A DNA stretch of 64,000 nucleotides from Mobula hypostoma. Lineage: Eukaryota. The translations under genes and the position numbers were made by a program. Below the pieces are notes generated by a model. That model was not told where the DNA came from. It was given only the letters and a program-made list of their open reading frames with translations, and did not search any database. Below, in pieces: positions 12,038-24,556 of the stretch. Every line of letters starts with the position of its first letter. The first letter of the stretch is position 1. Location of the stretch: contig NC_086097.1 of the NCBI RefSeq assembly GCF_963921235.1, positions 240,376,001 to 240,440,000 on the forward strand. Reading direction: 5' to 3'.

Positions 12038-12452
12038 TGATGTGGAGAAGGCAGGAGAATGGGTTGAGTGGGATCATAAATCAGCCATGCTGGAATGGAG
12101 GAACAGATTTGATGGCCTGAAATGCCTAATTCTGCCTAATATTCTTGCCTGCTGGTCTTACGGTCTTATTTGGCTTCTAGTGTGGAAGGAGTTCCGCAGA
12201 GCATAGCTAAAAGGGCAGGTGTTTCAGCTCTTACAGTACATATGGAAATCCCATGAGATGAGAAGTTGGTAATGTTTGAGATTGTGGGTATCCTGCAATA
12301 AATTGGTCCTCTGCAGTGCTGACAGGGACAAGAAGGGGAAGGGTTGTGCCTGCATTGTTTACACAAGGTTTTGTTTGCTTTCTTCCTTCTACACCTCACT
12401 GTAGATGTTTTATCTTGTGGCTGACTGAGAATGAAACCTGGGCATGAAAGAG

Positions 12453-12960
12453 GTTTCAATAGGTACATTTAATGTCAGAGAAATGTATATGATATACATC
12501 CTGAAATTCATTTTTCTGCACAGACATCCGCAAAAACAGAAGAGTGCCCCAAAGAATGAATGACAGTTAAATGTTAGAATGCCAAAGCCCCCCAGCTCCC
12601 CCCTCCCATGCACAAGCAGCAGTAAGGCAATGACCCCCCCACTCCCGAGCACTCAAGTGTGCAGCAAAGCATCAATAAAAACACAGACTTGCAGTACTCC
12701 AAAAACTACATGTTTGCCTGATAATTCAACAAACCACAGGCTGTCTCTCTCTCCCTAAAAAGGGATAAAGAGGTATTCCCATTTCACAGCGAGAGGGGAG
12801 ACATAACTTACAACACACTGACTTACGATGTTAGAAGTTTGTTGCGTTGCTTTTTCCACACGAAAAAGGCGCAGCTCTCTGGACACACAACCCCCAGCAG
12901 CTAACCTGCTGCTCCCGATGTTCCGTGTTCTCCGGCGACACTTCAGTCCAGAAATGGAAC
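12453..12960 (-). mobile_element. Second, truncated copy of the 4629-5470 non-autonomous element
   Basis: Clear similarity from gtacatttaatgtcagagaaatg through ctctctggacacaca. Confidence 0.7.
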
Positions 12961-13669
12961 CAAAAGGAAGCATATTTTTAAGATGTTTAAAGAAAAGTAT
13001 GAGGGGGATGTCAGAGGTATTTTGTTTTACTCAGAGAGTGGTGAATGCATGGAATGTGTGCTGCCAGAGCTGATAGTAGGGTCAGATACATTAGGAGCAC
13101 TTAAGAGATCCCTGCAAAGATACATGGATGAAATCAGGGCATGAAGGGATCCAGGGAGAAGACTAGAAGAGGGTGGATCTGAGAGGGAAAATGGATCAAC
13201 CATAATGAAATGGCAGAGTAGACTCGATGGACCAAATAACCTAATTCTGCTCCGATATCTTATGGTCTTATGATATAAAAATGGAGGGCTATGTAGGAGG
13301 GAATTGTTAGATTGATCTTAGAACAGGTTAAGAGGTTGGCAAAACATCATGGACTGGAGGACCTGTACTGAGCTGTAATGTTCTACGTTCCAATTAAAAA
13401 CAAAGAATAATATTAATAAGTCCTTGTTTCCCCTTTCAAGATTTCCATTCCGCACCTCCCTCTCATACTGCAAGTACCAATTAACTTCTAATATCTTACA
13501 AGTGAGAAGAATGAAGCAGATGGAAAGGTCAAACTTAAAGACTCACTTATCTTACAAATGAGAATGAAAAAATGAAGACGTATCACAAGAATGACTCATG
13601 GAACAATCAGAATAATAACTCAGGAGCTGAATGACAATTTTGGGTAAAATTCTGCCTGAACTTTTTTAG

Positions 13670-13776
13670 ACATCTCTGGATTATCTGCTGCAGATCCTAT
13701 TCTAGCTAGTGAATTGATCTTTAAGAACAGGCAAAGGTCTAAAATTGAATTTATAAATGTAATAGCAATGTCTACA
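13670..13776 (+). CDS. Candidate host-gene exon, product unknown (ISGLSAADPILASELIFKNRQRSKIEFINVIAMST)
   Basis: cttttttag acceptor, ACA|gtgagt donor, open frame in non-repeat AT-rich DNA; ends in phase 0. Confidence 0.35.
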
Positions 13777-14301
13777 GTGAGTAAGCCCTCTTTATTACAG
13801 AAGATATCTGTGATTATCTGATATAATTCAAGGTATTCTATGAATCAGTACAAACTTTCAAATTACTTTAGCTCATCTGCAGGGACTCTAATTTCCCTTC
13901 ATTTGTTACTTTGACTTAACTGTTAAATTGGATGATTTCTGTCTATTGCAAGCCATTTTGCTCCATTCCTACAATCTCACCACACCTCTCTGTTCCATGC
14001 AAATTTTTGTGAAGAATATAGATAAGCAAATTAAATAAGTATCTTTATAAGCAGATATTATACAAAAGTCTTCCAACAGGGCCATAACACTGTCATAATA
14101 TTTGGAGGCTATGACCCGGAGAGCTATTTTGGCTGGAGTCAGAGCTTTATGCTTTGAACCTGGTAGGGTCACCCATACCAAACAGGACCAAAAGGTAGAG
14201 GCCGGTCTAAGAGTGGTCCACTGTCTTCTAGGTTTGGGGGTTCAGCTCAGGGCTAACAATCCAGACTGGTAAAACAAAACTTTTACAGAAACAGCATTGA
14301 A

Positions 14302-14586
14302 GAATAAGAACATAAGAAATAGGAGCAGGAGTAGACCATCTGGCCCATCGAGCCTGCTCCGCCATTCAATAAGATCATGGCGGATCTGGCCATGAACTCA
14401 TCTCCAGCTAGCTGTCTTTTCCTCATAACCCCTAATTCCCCTACTATGCAAAAATCTATCCAACCTTGTCTTAAGTATATTTACTGAGGTAGCCTCCACT
14501 TCTTCATCGAGCAAAGAATTCCTCAGATTCACCACTCTCTGGGAAAAGCAGTTCCTCCTAATCTCCATCCTAAATCTACTCCCTGA
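14302..14586 (-). mobile_element. CR1 3' end; its upstream RT part lies at 15119-15795
   Basis: ataagaacataagaaatagg tail; FSQRVVNLRNSL motif. Confidence 0.85.
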
Positions 14587-14823
14587 ATTTTCTTTCTTTC
14601 TTTTTCCAATATTTTTATTAAATTTCATATACACAAATACAGAATTCATAAGCATACCTATTATAAATCAAAATAAGGTAGCACAAAATGCATTATATAT
14701 AAATCACACTGATACAATCACGGTATTCTATATTCATGATCAATCAAATAAAATAAATTGAATTATGAAATACAATAATATGGTTAATTATATTATAAAA
14801 AAATCTACACCCACTACCATATA

Positions 14824-14953
14824 ACAGGAGTTCTGCAGATGCTGGAAATTCAAGCAACATACATCAAAGTTGCTGGTGAACGCAGCAGGTCAAGCAGCAT
14901 CTATAGGAAGAGGTGTAGTCGACGTTTCAGGCCGAGACCCTTCGTCAGGACTA
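14824..14953 (-). mobile_element. 130-bp Penelope terminal mini-insertion
   Basis: 8-bp TSD ACCATATA at 14816-14823 and 14954-14961; near-identical to 22701-22830. Confidence 0.85.
14916..14953 (-). ncRNA. Minimal type I hammerhead ribozyme
   Basis: Minus strand: UAGUC-CUGACGA-AGGGUCUCGGCCU-GAAAC-GUC-GACUA; perfect 5-bp stem I, intact core, palindromic ACGU stem III. Confidence 0.8.
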
Positions 14954-15118
14954 ACCATATAGTGTTTTATAATAATAGCCCAGATCTATATTTTAAAAGC
15001 AATAACAATTCAAAGATTTTCAAAATAGTTCAGAAAGGGTCCCCATAGCAGTTGAAAATCTTGATTAGAATCAGAAATCGAACAACGAATCTTCTCTAAA
15101 TTTAAACATGACATAACA

Positions 15119-15795
15119 TTGCATTCGCTTTCTTCACCACCGACTCAACCTGGAGGTTAACCTTAAGGGTATCCTGCACGAGGACTCCCAAGTCCCGTTG
15201 CATCTCAGAACTTTGAATTCTCTCCTCATTTAAATAATACTCTGCCCATTTATTTCTTCTGCCAAAGTGCATAACCATACACTTTCCAACATTGTATTTC
15301 ATTTGCCACTTCTTTGCCCATTCTTCCAATCTATCCAAGTCTCTCTGCAGACTCTCCGTTTCCTCAGCACTACCGGCCCCTCCACTTATTTTCATATCAT
15401 CTGCAAACTTAGCCACAAAGCCATCTATTCCATAATCCAAATCGTTGATGTACAACATAAAAAGAAGCAGCCCCAACACGGACCCCTGTGGAACACCACT
15501 AGTAACCGGCAGCCAACCAGAATAGGATCCCTTTATTCCCACTCTGTTTCCTACCAATCAGCCAACACCCTATCCATGTATGTAACTTTCCCGTAATTCC
15601 ATGGGCTCTTAACTTAAGTAGCCTCACGTATGGCACCTCGTCAAAGGCTTTCTGAAAATCCAAATATACAACATCCACTGCATCTCCCTTGTCTAGCCTA
15701 CTTGTAATTTCCTCAAAAAATTGTAATAGGTTTGTCAGGCAGGATTTTCCTTTAAGGAAACCATGCTGAATTCTGCCTATCTTGTCATATCTTGT
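15119..15795 (-). mobile_element. CR1 RT core fragment
   Basis: [35 protein letters not shown]. Confidence 0.9.
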
Positions 15796-16125
15796 GATAT
15801 GTACCACTTTAAATTGTAGGAGAGGATGGCGAGCACATAATGATGAAAAATTAACCATTTTGAAAATAGCCCTCCAGGTCTCATCAGATAATGAGGTCTG
15901 TAAATCCTTTTCCCAATCTTTTTTAATTTTGTCTAAAGGAGCCATTCTCAGTCCCAATAACAGACCATAATTATAAGATATTGAGCCATTATCAGAAGGT
16001 TTCAAATTAAAAATTACATCCATTATGTTCTTATCCGGGCTGGCAGGAAATATATGTAGTTTAGATCTTTAAAAATCTCTAATCTGTAGATATCGAAAAA
16101 AGTGGGTATTTGATAAGTTATATTA
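15796..16125 (-). mobile_element. L1/Tx1-like ORF2 fragment upstream of the cysteine-rich region
   Basis: KIKKDWEKDL...W...SSLCARHPLLQFKVVH. Confidence 0.75.
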
Positions 16126-17166
16126 TATTAGGCTAACAGACCCCAATCAGTTAAGTTAGACAACCTCTCCTCCTCCACTCTCACCCTGAACACCAACGTG
16201 CCTCAAGGCTGTGTGCTGAGCCCTCTCCTGTACTCCATTTTCACCTGTGACTGCGTTCCTGTACATGGTTCTAACTCCATAATCAAGTTCGCAGCGACAT
16301 CACGGTGGTTGCCTGATCAGAGTGGATGACAAGACGGCCTACAGGGACGAGGTCCAGCACCTGGCCGCATGGTGTGCTGACAACAACCTGTCCCTTAACA
16401 GCCAGAAGACCAAGGAGATCATTGTGGACTTCAGGCATGCTAGGAGCCACACTCACACCCCCATCCACATCAGCGGAGCTGTAGTGGAGCGTGTATCAAG
16501 CTTCAAATTCCTTGGTGTCCACATTTCCGAGGATCTCACCTGGTTCCTGAACTCCTCCATCCTGATCAAAAAGGCACAACAGCGCCTTTATTTCTTGTGG
16601 ACCGTGAAGAAAGCTCACCTCTATCCCAGGATACTGACGGACTTTTACCGCTGTACCATTCAGAACATACTCACCACACTCTCAGTGTGGTATGGCAATT
16701 GTACCGTATTGGACCGCAAAGCACTCCAGCGTGTGGAGAAAACTGCCCAGTGGATTATCGGCACCCAATTGCCCACAATTGAGAACATCTACCATAAACG
16801 CTGCCTGGGCAGGGCGAAAAGCATTATCAAGGATGCATCTCACCCTAAACATGGACTTTTTACTCTCCTCCCATCTGATAGGCGCTGCAGGAGCCTTCGC
16901 TCCTGCACCAGAAGGCACAAGAAGAGCTTCTTCCCTGAAGCTGTGAGCCTACTGAACCTCACATCACAGTGCTAAGCAATATTGTACCCATATTGTACTG
17001 TCTCAGTACTTTTATATTTGTGTGCTGTAGCACTTACTTTTTATTCACAGTTATTTTGTAAATAACGCTATTCTTTGCATTTCTGGTTGAATGCTAACTG
17101 CATTTTATTGGCTCTGCATCTGTACTCGGCACAATGACAATAAAGTTGAATCTAATCTAATCTAAT
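16126..17166 (+). mobile_element. Rex1/Babar LINE, 5'-truncated
   Basis: PQGCVLSPLLYS, WCADNNLSLNSQKTKEIIVDFR, FKFLGVHIS, AQQRLYFL, HP.HGLFTLLPS.RR; AATAAA followed by (AATCT)n tail. Confidence 0.9.
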
Positions 17167-17410
17167 ATTTCACTGAGAGCTGCTCGAAAGAAGAAAGATT
17201 CCCTCCAACAAATCAAGTTAGCTTAGTGACAGAAAGAAAATAGGAATTTGCATAAATATTGAATATTGGAGTTGAAGAATCTTCAATTATTTTGAAGATT
17301 GTGTTTCATAATATTGAATAGCAACCTCCATAAAAGTTCTGGAAAAAGGAAAAATATTTGTGGAAATGTACTTTATTTGTAGTAACAAAATGGAACCTGT
17401 TTTGCACCAG

Positions 17411-17512
17411 AGTGCTTTGCTAATAGTGTTCATGCCACATTCTGCTGATGAAACTTTAGTATATGAAAAACTGATGAAAAGCAAAAGGATTCAATTCCTG
17501 GAAGAATTCAAA
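17411..17512 (+). CDS. Candidate host-gene exon, product unknown (SALLIVFMPHSADETLVYEKLMKSKRIQFLEEFK)
   Basis: ttttgcaccag acceptor, AAA|gtacgt donor, 102 nt open in phase 0; joins 13670-13776 in frame. Confidence 0.35.
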
Positions 17513-17630
17513 GTACGTTGATTAAGCACACTACACCCTGACCTTAAATTGGCACGGATAAATAACACGTGTATAAAGGAGTTACTATGCTGTTTGTTCT
17601 TTCAAAACTACCACAGTGACGGTGTTCCCT

Positions 17631-20170
17631 TATAACCCTATAACAATTACAGCACAGAAATGGGCCATCTCGGCCCTTCTACTCCATGCTGAACGCTTAC
17701 CCTCACCTAGTCCCACCGACCTGCACTCAGCCCATAACCCTCTATTCCTTTCCTGTCCATATAGCTATCCAATTTAACTTTAAATGACAATATCGAACCT
17801 GCCTCAACCACTTCTGCTGGAAGCTCGTTCCACACAGCTACCACACTCTGAGTAAAGAAGTTCCCCTTCATGTTACCCCTAAACTTTTGACTTTTAACTC
17901 TCAACTCATGTCCTCTTGTTTGAATCTCCCCTACTCTCAATGGAAAAAGCCTATCCATGTCAACTCTATCTATCCCCCTCATAATTTTAAATACTTCTAT
18001 CAAGTCCCCCCTCAACCTTCTACGCTCCAAAGAATAAAGAGCCAGCTTGTTCAACCTTTCTCTGTAACTTAGGTGATGAGACCCAGGTAACATTCTAGTA
18101 AATCTTCTCTGTACTCCCTCTATTTTGATGACATCTTTCCTATAATTCGGTGACCAGAACTGTACACAATACTCCAAATTTGGCCTTATCAATTTTAACA
18201 TTATATCCTAACTCCTATACGTAATGCTCTGATTATAAAGGCCAGCATACCAAAAGCTTTCTTCACCACCCTATCCACATTGGATTCCACCTTCAGGGAA
18301 CTATGCACCATTATTCCTAGATCCCTCTGTTCTACTGCATTCTTCAATGTCTTACCATTTACCATTTTGATTAGTCTTACCAAAATGTAGCACCTCACAT
18401 TTATCAGCATTAAACTCCATCTGCCATCTTTCAGCCCACTCTTCTAACTGGCCTAAATCTCTTTGCAAGCTTTGAAAAACTGCTTCGTTATCCACAACTC
18501 CACCTATCTTAATACCATCTGCATACTTACTCATCTAATTAACCACCCCAACATCAGATCATTAGTATATATGACAAACAACATTGGACCCAGTACAGAT
18601 CCCTGAGGCACACCACTAGTCAGTGGCCTCCAATCTGACAAACAGTTATCCACCACTACTCTCTGGCGTCTCCCATCCAGCCACTGCTGAATCCATTTTA
18701 CTACTTCAATATTAATACCTAACGATCGAACCTTCCTAACTAACCTTGTCAAAGGCCTTATTGAAGTCCATATAGACAATATCCACCATTTTACCCTTGT
18801 CAAATTTCCTAGTAACCTCTTCGAAAAATTCAAGAAGATTTGTCAAGCATGACTTTCCATGCACAAATCCATGTTGACTGTTCCTAATCAGACCCTGTCT
18901 ATATAGATATTTATATATAGCATCTCTAAGAATACTTTCCATCAATTTACCCACCACTGACGTCAAACTCATAGGCCGATAATTGCTAGGTTTACTCTTA
19001 GAACCCTTTTAAACAATGGAACAACATGAGTATTATGTCAATGCTCCGGCACCATCTCCGTTTCTAATGACATTTGAAATATTACTGTCAGAGCCCCTGC
19101 TATATTCACACTAACTTCCCTCAAGGTCTTACGGAATATCCTGTCAGGACCTGGAGACTTATCCATTTTTATATTCCCTAAAATTGCCTGTACTTCCTCT
19201 TCTTTAATCATCATAGTTTCCATAAATTCCTTCCCTGTTTCCCTTACTTTACACAATTCAATATCCTTCTCCTTAGTGAATACCAAAGAAAAGAAGTTGT
19301 TTAAAATCTCCCCTATCTCTTTTGGCTCCACACATAGCTGTCCACTCTGATTCTCTAAGGGACCAATTTTATCCCTCACTATCCTTTTGCTATTAACATA
19401 ACTGTAGAAACTCTTTGGATTTATTTTCACCTTACTTGCCAAAGCAACCTTGTATCTACTTTTAGCTTTTCTAATTTCTTTCTTAAGTTTCTTTTTACAT
19501 TCTTTATATTCCTCGAGTACCTCATTAACTCCAAGCTGCCTATATTTTTTGTAGATATCTGTCTTTTTCCGAACCAAGTTTCCAATATCCCTTGAAAACC
19601 ATGGCTCTCTCAAACTCTTAACCTTTCCTTTCAACCTAACAGGAACATCAGGATTCTGTACCCTCAAAATTTCACCTTTAAATGACCTCCATTTCTCTAT
19701 TACATCCTTCCCATAAAACAAATTGTCCCAATCCACTCCTTCTAAGTCCTTTCGCATCTCCTCAAAGTTAACCTTTCTCCAATCAAACCTCTCAACCCTG
19801 GGTCCAGACCTATCCTTCTCCATAATTATATTGAAACTAATAGCATTGTGAACACTGGATCCGAAGTGCTCCCCAACACATACCTCCGTCACCTAACCTA
19901 TCTCATTCCCTAACAGGGGATCCAACACTGCCCCTTCTCTAGTTGGTACCTCTATGTATTGCTGCAATAAACTATCCTGCACACATTTTACAAACTCCAA
20001 ACCATCCAGCCCTTTTACAGTATGGGCTTCCCAGTCTATGTGTGGAAAATTATAATCTCCCACAATCAGAACCTTGTGCTTACTACAAATATCTGCTATC
20101 TCCTTACAAATTTGCTCCTCCAATTCTCTCTCCCCATTTGGTGGTCTATAATACACTCCTGTAAGTGTTA
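17631..20170 (-). mobile_element. Older CR1 LINE (APE-RT pseudogene) with many frameshifts and stops
   Basis: Collinear ORF2 pieces 19893..20201, 19038..19892, 18736..18972, 18531..18833, 18352..18534, 17707..18201. Confidence 0.92.
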
Positions 20171-20394
20171 CTGTAAGTTGCTGCAAGTAAAATAAGCACA
20201 CTTATGATTGATTGATCCACCTTAAGTTAATTGCTCATTGTTATAAGACAGTGGATAGGTGCTTGACATATTCCAGGAATTTGCAGAGATTTAAAGGACG
20301 ATTTGGCACAATGGATGATAGAAAAATGGAGGAATGTGTGGAAGGAAAGGATTAGAATGATCTACAAATGCCAGGGAAGGTCTCTGTGTGTGAT

Positions 20395-20403
20395 TCATTC
20401 TCA

Positions 20404-20445
<42 letters not shown>

Positions 20446-20535
20446 CTCTCTGTCTCTCACTCTCTCTCACTCTCACTCTCTCATTCTCAGACTCATACAC
20501 TCACACTCACACTCACTCACTCACTCTTTCCCTCT
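20395..20535. repeat. (TC)n / (TCAC)n microsatellite
   Basis: Simple repeat, directly visible. Confidence 0.9.
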
Positions 20536-22693
20536 TGCTTGATACTCCAGGAAGTCTATGCTGGAGTCCCAGGTCTTGGGCAAGGTTTAATTGACACAGT
20601 CTGTAGATTGAACTCTGTAGTTCACGTTACACTGTGTTTCTAGTTTCTGGTCATTCCTCCTTTCGTTGCTATTTTGGGCAATTTTGATCAGAGCAGGCTA
20701 CAGATAATGAATGACAATGCACTATATTGAAATGAGTTAAGCCGAACTGATTGTGCCTAGACTCTTCCAATTTTGAGTTTTATGCTCTGTGTTTTTCACT
20801 TGCTTTTTTGCCATATCCCTGGTTTGTTGTTTTGGCCTTGTGGGGGTAGTTCAGTGTCTTTCTTTGAATGGCTTTTATGGTTTTCTGTGTTTGGTGGCTG
20901 TCTGTGAGAGAACGAATGTCAGGGTTGTTGAGTGCATACATATTTTGATAATAAATGTACTTTGAATCTAGTGTAGCTAAGAAGTGGGATGAAGAGCCTG
21001 TGCAGTGCTGTAATTTTAACTTAAATGATGGATCTTGTGAAGGAGGAAAGCCAACAATGTTATGTTGAAAGTCAGTAAGTACTAGAGTCCTTTTAACATT
21101 TAATGTTTGGGCTGCCTTATGAACCATGGTACTATTTGAGCAATTTGTTTGTCACCCATATACAGTTTACATACCTTCTTCTGAGGCGTGATTAAAGAGC
21201 AGATGCGGATCTTGAAGCAAAGTTGCAATAGCTGGCATCACTCAATTTTGAATTTGTGAAGAGACTTTGCTGCCAGAATGAGCAGGAGCAGGGTCACAAA
21301 ATCAGTACGGAAAATCGACAATGGCTAATGTTACCTGCAATAGACCAGAAGTTGCTTGATAAATAATGAAAAGTTAGCCACACACGTATTTAAAGTCTGC
21401 AAAAAATGCAACATTTGAACAGTGAGGAAGAAACAGAGAGTGAGGTTTTGCTCTTCATATTCTGCCTCTGGCTTTGATACAGAGACAAATTATAACCCTG
21501 ATGTGGGCCTCAGTAGAGAAATTAATTGTTTGTCATGGAATTCTTGGATTTGCACAATCAATGCAAATTAATCTTACCATAAGCATTCAGAGCTGGTAAT
21601 CATGTTATTACAGCCCCGTTAATGAAATAATTTATAGCCTTGACAAACTTGAAAGATCAGAAATGCTGCCAAAGAGACTACGAGCTCTCACTTCAGCTAG
21701 TGGAAAATATATCTGCAATGTTTTTAAAACTTTTTATCTGTGTTGGCACAATCCACATGCCCGTGAGTCTTGGAAAGCAACAATTCTAAGGATGCAGAGC
21801 TTTTTCAAAACTCAGAAATGCAAATTAGACAGAGTGCCTTCAGAAATGCACTTATGTCCTGGAACCAAAACGATGTTGAGTCAATATTAGTCAAGAATGT
21901 TAGTGATTACTTACTTACATTAACAACACTTTCAAAGTTGCTAGATACTGGGCTTATTTCAGGCAGAAATAACTATGGTTTACTCACGATTATTTTAAGA
22001 GAGACAGGTTCCATCATCCAATTCACACTCTCTTCTCAAACACGAGGAAATCTGCAGATGCTTGAAATTCAAGCATCAATAGGGTTCCCCTTGTCCTCAC
22101 CTACCACCCCACTAGCTTCCAGATCCAACATATAATTCTCCATAACTTCCGCCATCTCCAATGGGATCCCACCACTAAGCACATCTTCCCCTCCCACCCT
22201 CTTTCTGTTTTCCGCAGGGATCTCTCCCTACGTGACTCCCTTGTCCACTCGTCCACTCGTCCCCCCCCCCATCCCTTCCCACCGATCTCCCTCCCAGCAC
22301 TTAACTTTGTAAGCAGAACAAGTGCTACACATGCCCTTATACTTTCTCCCTCACCACCATTCAGGGCCCCACACAGTCCTTCCAGGTGAGGCAACACTTC
22401 ACCTGTGAGTCAGCTGGGGTGATATACTGTGTCCGGTGCTCCCGATGTGGCCTTCTATATATTGACGAGACCCGACGCAGGCTGGGAGACCGTTTCGCTG
22501 AACACCTATGCTCTGTCCGCCAGAGAAAGCAGGATCTCCCAGTGGCCACACATTTTAATTCCACATCCCATTCCCATTCTGATATGTCTATCCACGGCCA
22601 CCTCTACTGTTAAGATGAAGCCACGCTCAGGTTGGAGGAACAACACCTTATATTCCATCTGGGTAGCCTCCAACCTGATGGCATGAATATTGA

Positions 22694-22918
22694 AAAAAAA
22701 ACAGGAATTCTGCAGATGCTGGAAATTCAAGCAACATACATCAAAGTTGCTGGTGAACGCAGCAGGCCAGGCAGCATCTATAGAAAGAGGTGCAGTCGAC
22801 GTTTCAGGCCGAGACCCTTCGTCAGGACTAACGAAGGGTCTCGGCCTGAAACGTCGACTGCACCTCTTTTTATAGATGCTGCCTGGCCTGCTGCGTTCAC
22901 CAGCAACTTTGATGTATG
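22694..22918. mobile_element. Hairpin Penelope mini-element nested in a Penelope
   Basis: 89-bp arms (22734-22822 / 22831-22919, one mismatch) with an 8-nt loop; 15-bp TSD TGGCATGAATATTGA at 22679-22693 and 22919-22933. Confidence 0.9.
22793..22830 (-). ncRNA. Minimal type I hammerhead ribozyme
   Basis: UAGUC-CUGACGA-AGGGUCUCGGCCU-GAAAC-GUC-GACUG. Confidence 0.8.
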
Positions 22919-23262
22919 TGGCATGAATATTGACTTCGCTAACTTCCGTTAATGCCCCACCTCCCCTTCGTACACCATCCCTTATTTATTATTATATTTT
23001 TTTTCCCTTTTTTTTCTCTCTCTCTTTTTCTCTGTCTGTCCTTCTCACTATAACTCCTTGCCCAATCTCTGGGCTTCTCCCCCCTTTCTTTCTACCTAGG
23101 CTTTCCGTCCCACGATCTTCTCCCTTCTCCAGCCTCGTATCCCTTTTGCCAATCAACTTTCCAGCTCTTAGCTCCATCCCTCCCCCTACTGTCTTCTCCT
23201 ATAATTGTGGATCTCCCCCTTCCCCTCTCACTTTCAAATCTCTTACTATCTCTTTTTTCAGT

Positions 23263-23300
23263 TACTCCTGATGAAGGTTCTCGGCCCGAAACGTCGACTG
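23263..23300 (+). ncRNA. Minimal hammerhead ribozyme with weakened stems
   Basis: UACUC-CUGAUGA-AGGUUCUCGGCCC-GAAAC-GUC-GACUG; core intact, mismatches in stems I and II. Confidence 0.7.
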
Positions 23301-23365
23301 TACCTCTTCCTATGGATGCTGCCTGGCTTGCTGCGTTCCACCAGCATTTTGTGTGTGTTGCACAC

Positions 23366-23760
23366 TCTCTTCTTGCTGCTACCATTGGGCAGGAGCTACA
23401 GGAGCCTTAAGTCCCACACCACCAGATTCAGGAACAGTTCCTACCCTTCAATCATGAGGCTCCTGAACCAGTGTAGATAACTGCACTCACCTCAACACTG
23501 AACTGATTCTACAACCTATAAACTCACTTTCAAGGACTCTACAACTCAGGTTCTCAGTATTTTTTTTTATTATTGGCAGGATATATTTTCATTTATGCTT
23601 TGAATACTTGCCAGTCTTTCTTACATATAGTTTTTTTCAGAAACTCTATTGTATTTTTTAAGTTTCTTGTAAATGCCTGTAAGAAAATGGATTTCAAGGA
23701 CACATACCATATGATAACGTGTGCATACTTTGATAATAAATTTACTTCAAATTTTGATTA
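23366..23760 (+). mobile_element. Rex1/Babar 3' fragment
   Basis: LLLPLGRSYRSLKSHTTRFRNSSYPSIMRLLN; tail tactttgataataaatttact. Confidence 0.75.
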
Positions 23761-23973
23761 AGTTTCAACTTAAAAGCCTAATCACTAAATCTTGACCCAG
23801 TGTACGGAGCATGGACCAGCTTCTGTGATTTTATGTTATGTCTCATGTCTCAAGTGAAACAGTTGAAAACAGCTTTTAGGAGCAAGGCCACCAATAGGCA
23901 AAGTCTGGGGTCTTCAGACTGGAGACTGGACTCTTGTCCTGGAATTGGATGACTGTGTATCTGGGCATGAGAG

Positions 23974-24378
23974 TGTTACAAAGAGTGAAGGAAGCAAACC
24001 CAAATGCAGGACACGGGCACGGAGATTGAGTTTAGATGTTTACTCGGGCATAACCGCCGAACAGCAAGCAGGAGGGATCTTGACACGGAGCCTTGACTCA
24101 GAGAGACGGAATCTCATAGGTAAACCTTGGAACTGGAGCTAAACTTAGAACAAATGGTTCTAAGCAGTCGGGAAACATAGTTACTCACAGGAAAAAGACC
24201 AACGATCTGGCGACTGGTGGTTGTGATGCTGGGGTTCTTATACTGCAGTTCTTGATAGAAACCAGGTGTGTTGTCATCAAAGCGAATAAGAAGCAATTGA
24301 GAAATTAATGGTCGGAACCGAGGCATAATCAAAGGGAGTTAGGAGCAAGATAGGGAGTTCACGATCGGGACCATGACA
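23974..24378 (-). mobile_element. Solo LTR (405 bp), Gypsy-like
   Basis: TGTTAC...TGACA termini with exact 5-bp TSD GAGAG (23969-23973, 24379-24383); orientation is inferred. Confidence 0.75.
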
Positions 24379-24556
24379 GAGAGGAAGAGAGGAAAGGGAC
24401 TTATTTTCCTGTCATGGTTTTGTTGGTTGTTGCGTTCTGTTTGTTGTTTTCTATGTTGTTCTGCCAAACATTGTTGGCTTGCTGAGTTGGTGCCAGAATG
24501 TGTGGCTACACTTGTGGGCAGCCTCCAGCACATCCTTAGGTTCTGTTGACTGTTAA

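Larger units (their letters stand above)
14587..15118 (-). mobile_element. L1/Tx1-like LINE 3' end
   Basis: A-rich tail with AATAAA on the minus strand; C-terminal MSCLNLEKIR...LLWGPFLNYF typical of non-mammalian L1 ORF2. Confidence 0.7.
22037..23365 (+). mobile_element. Penelope-like element: short inverted terminal piece, GIY-YIG endonuclease region, 3' terminus
   Basis: HFTCESAGVIYCVRCSRCGLLYIDET...RFAEH...VATHFN; pyrimidine tract; hammerhead; 22037-22075 is an inverted copy of the element end. Confidence 0.9.

Noticed and set aside
20303..20643. Ser/Leu/His-rich ORFs
   Set aside because: Translations of the TC/TCAC microsatellite.
22828..22860. Second, + strand hammerhead in the hairpin insert
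   Set aside because: Core reads CUAACGA and the 5' strand of stem I is missing.
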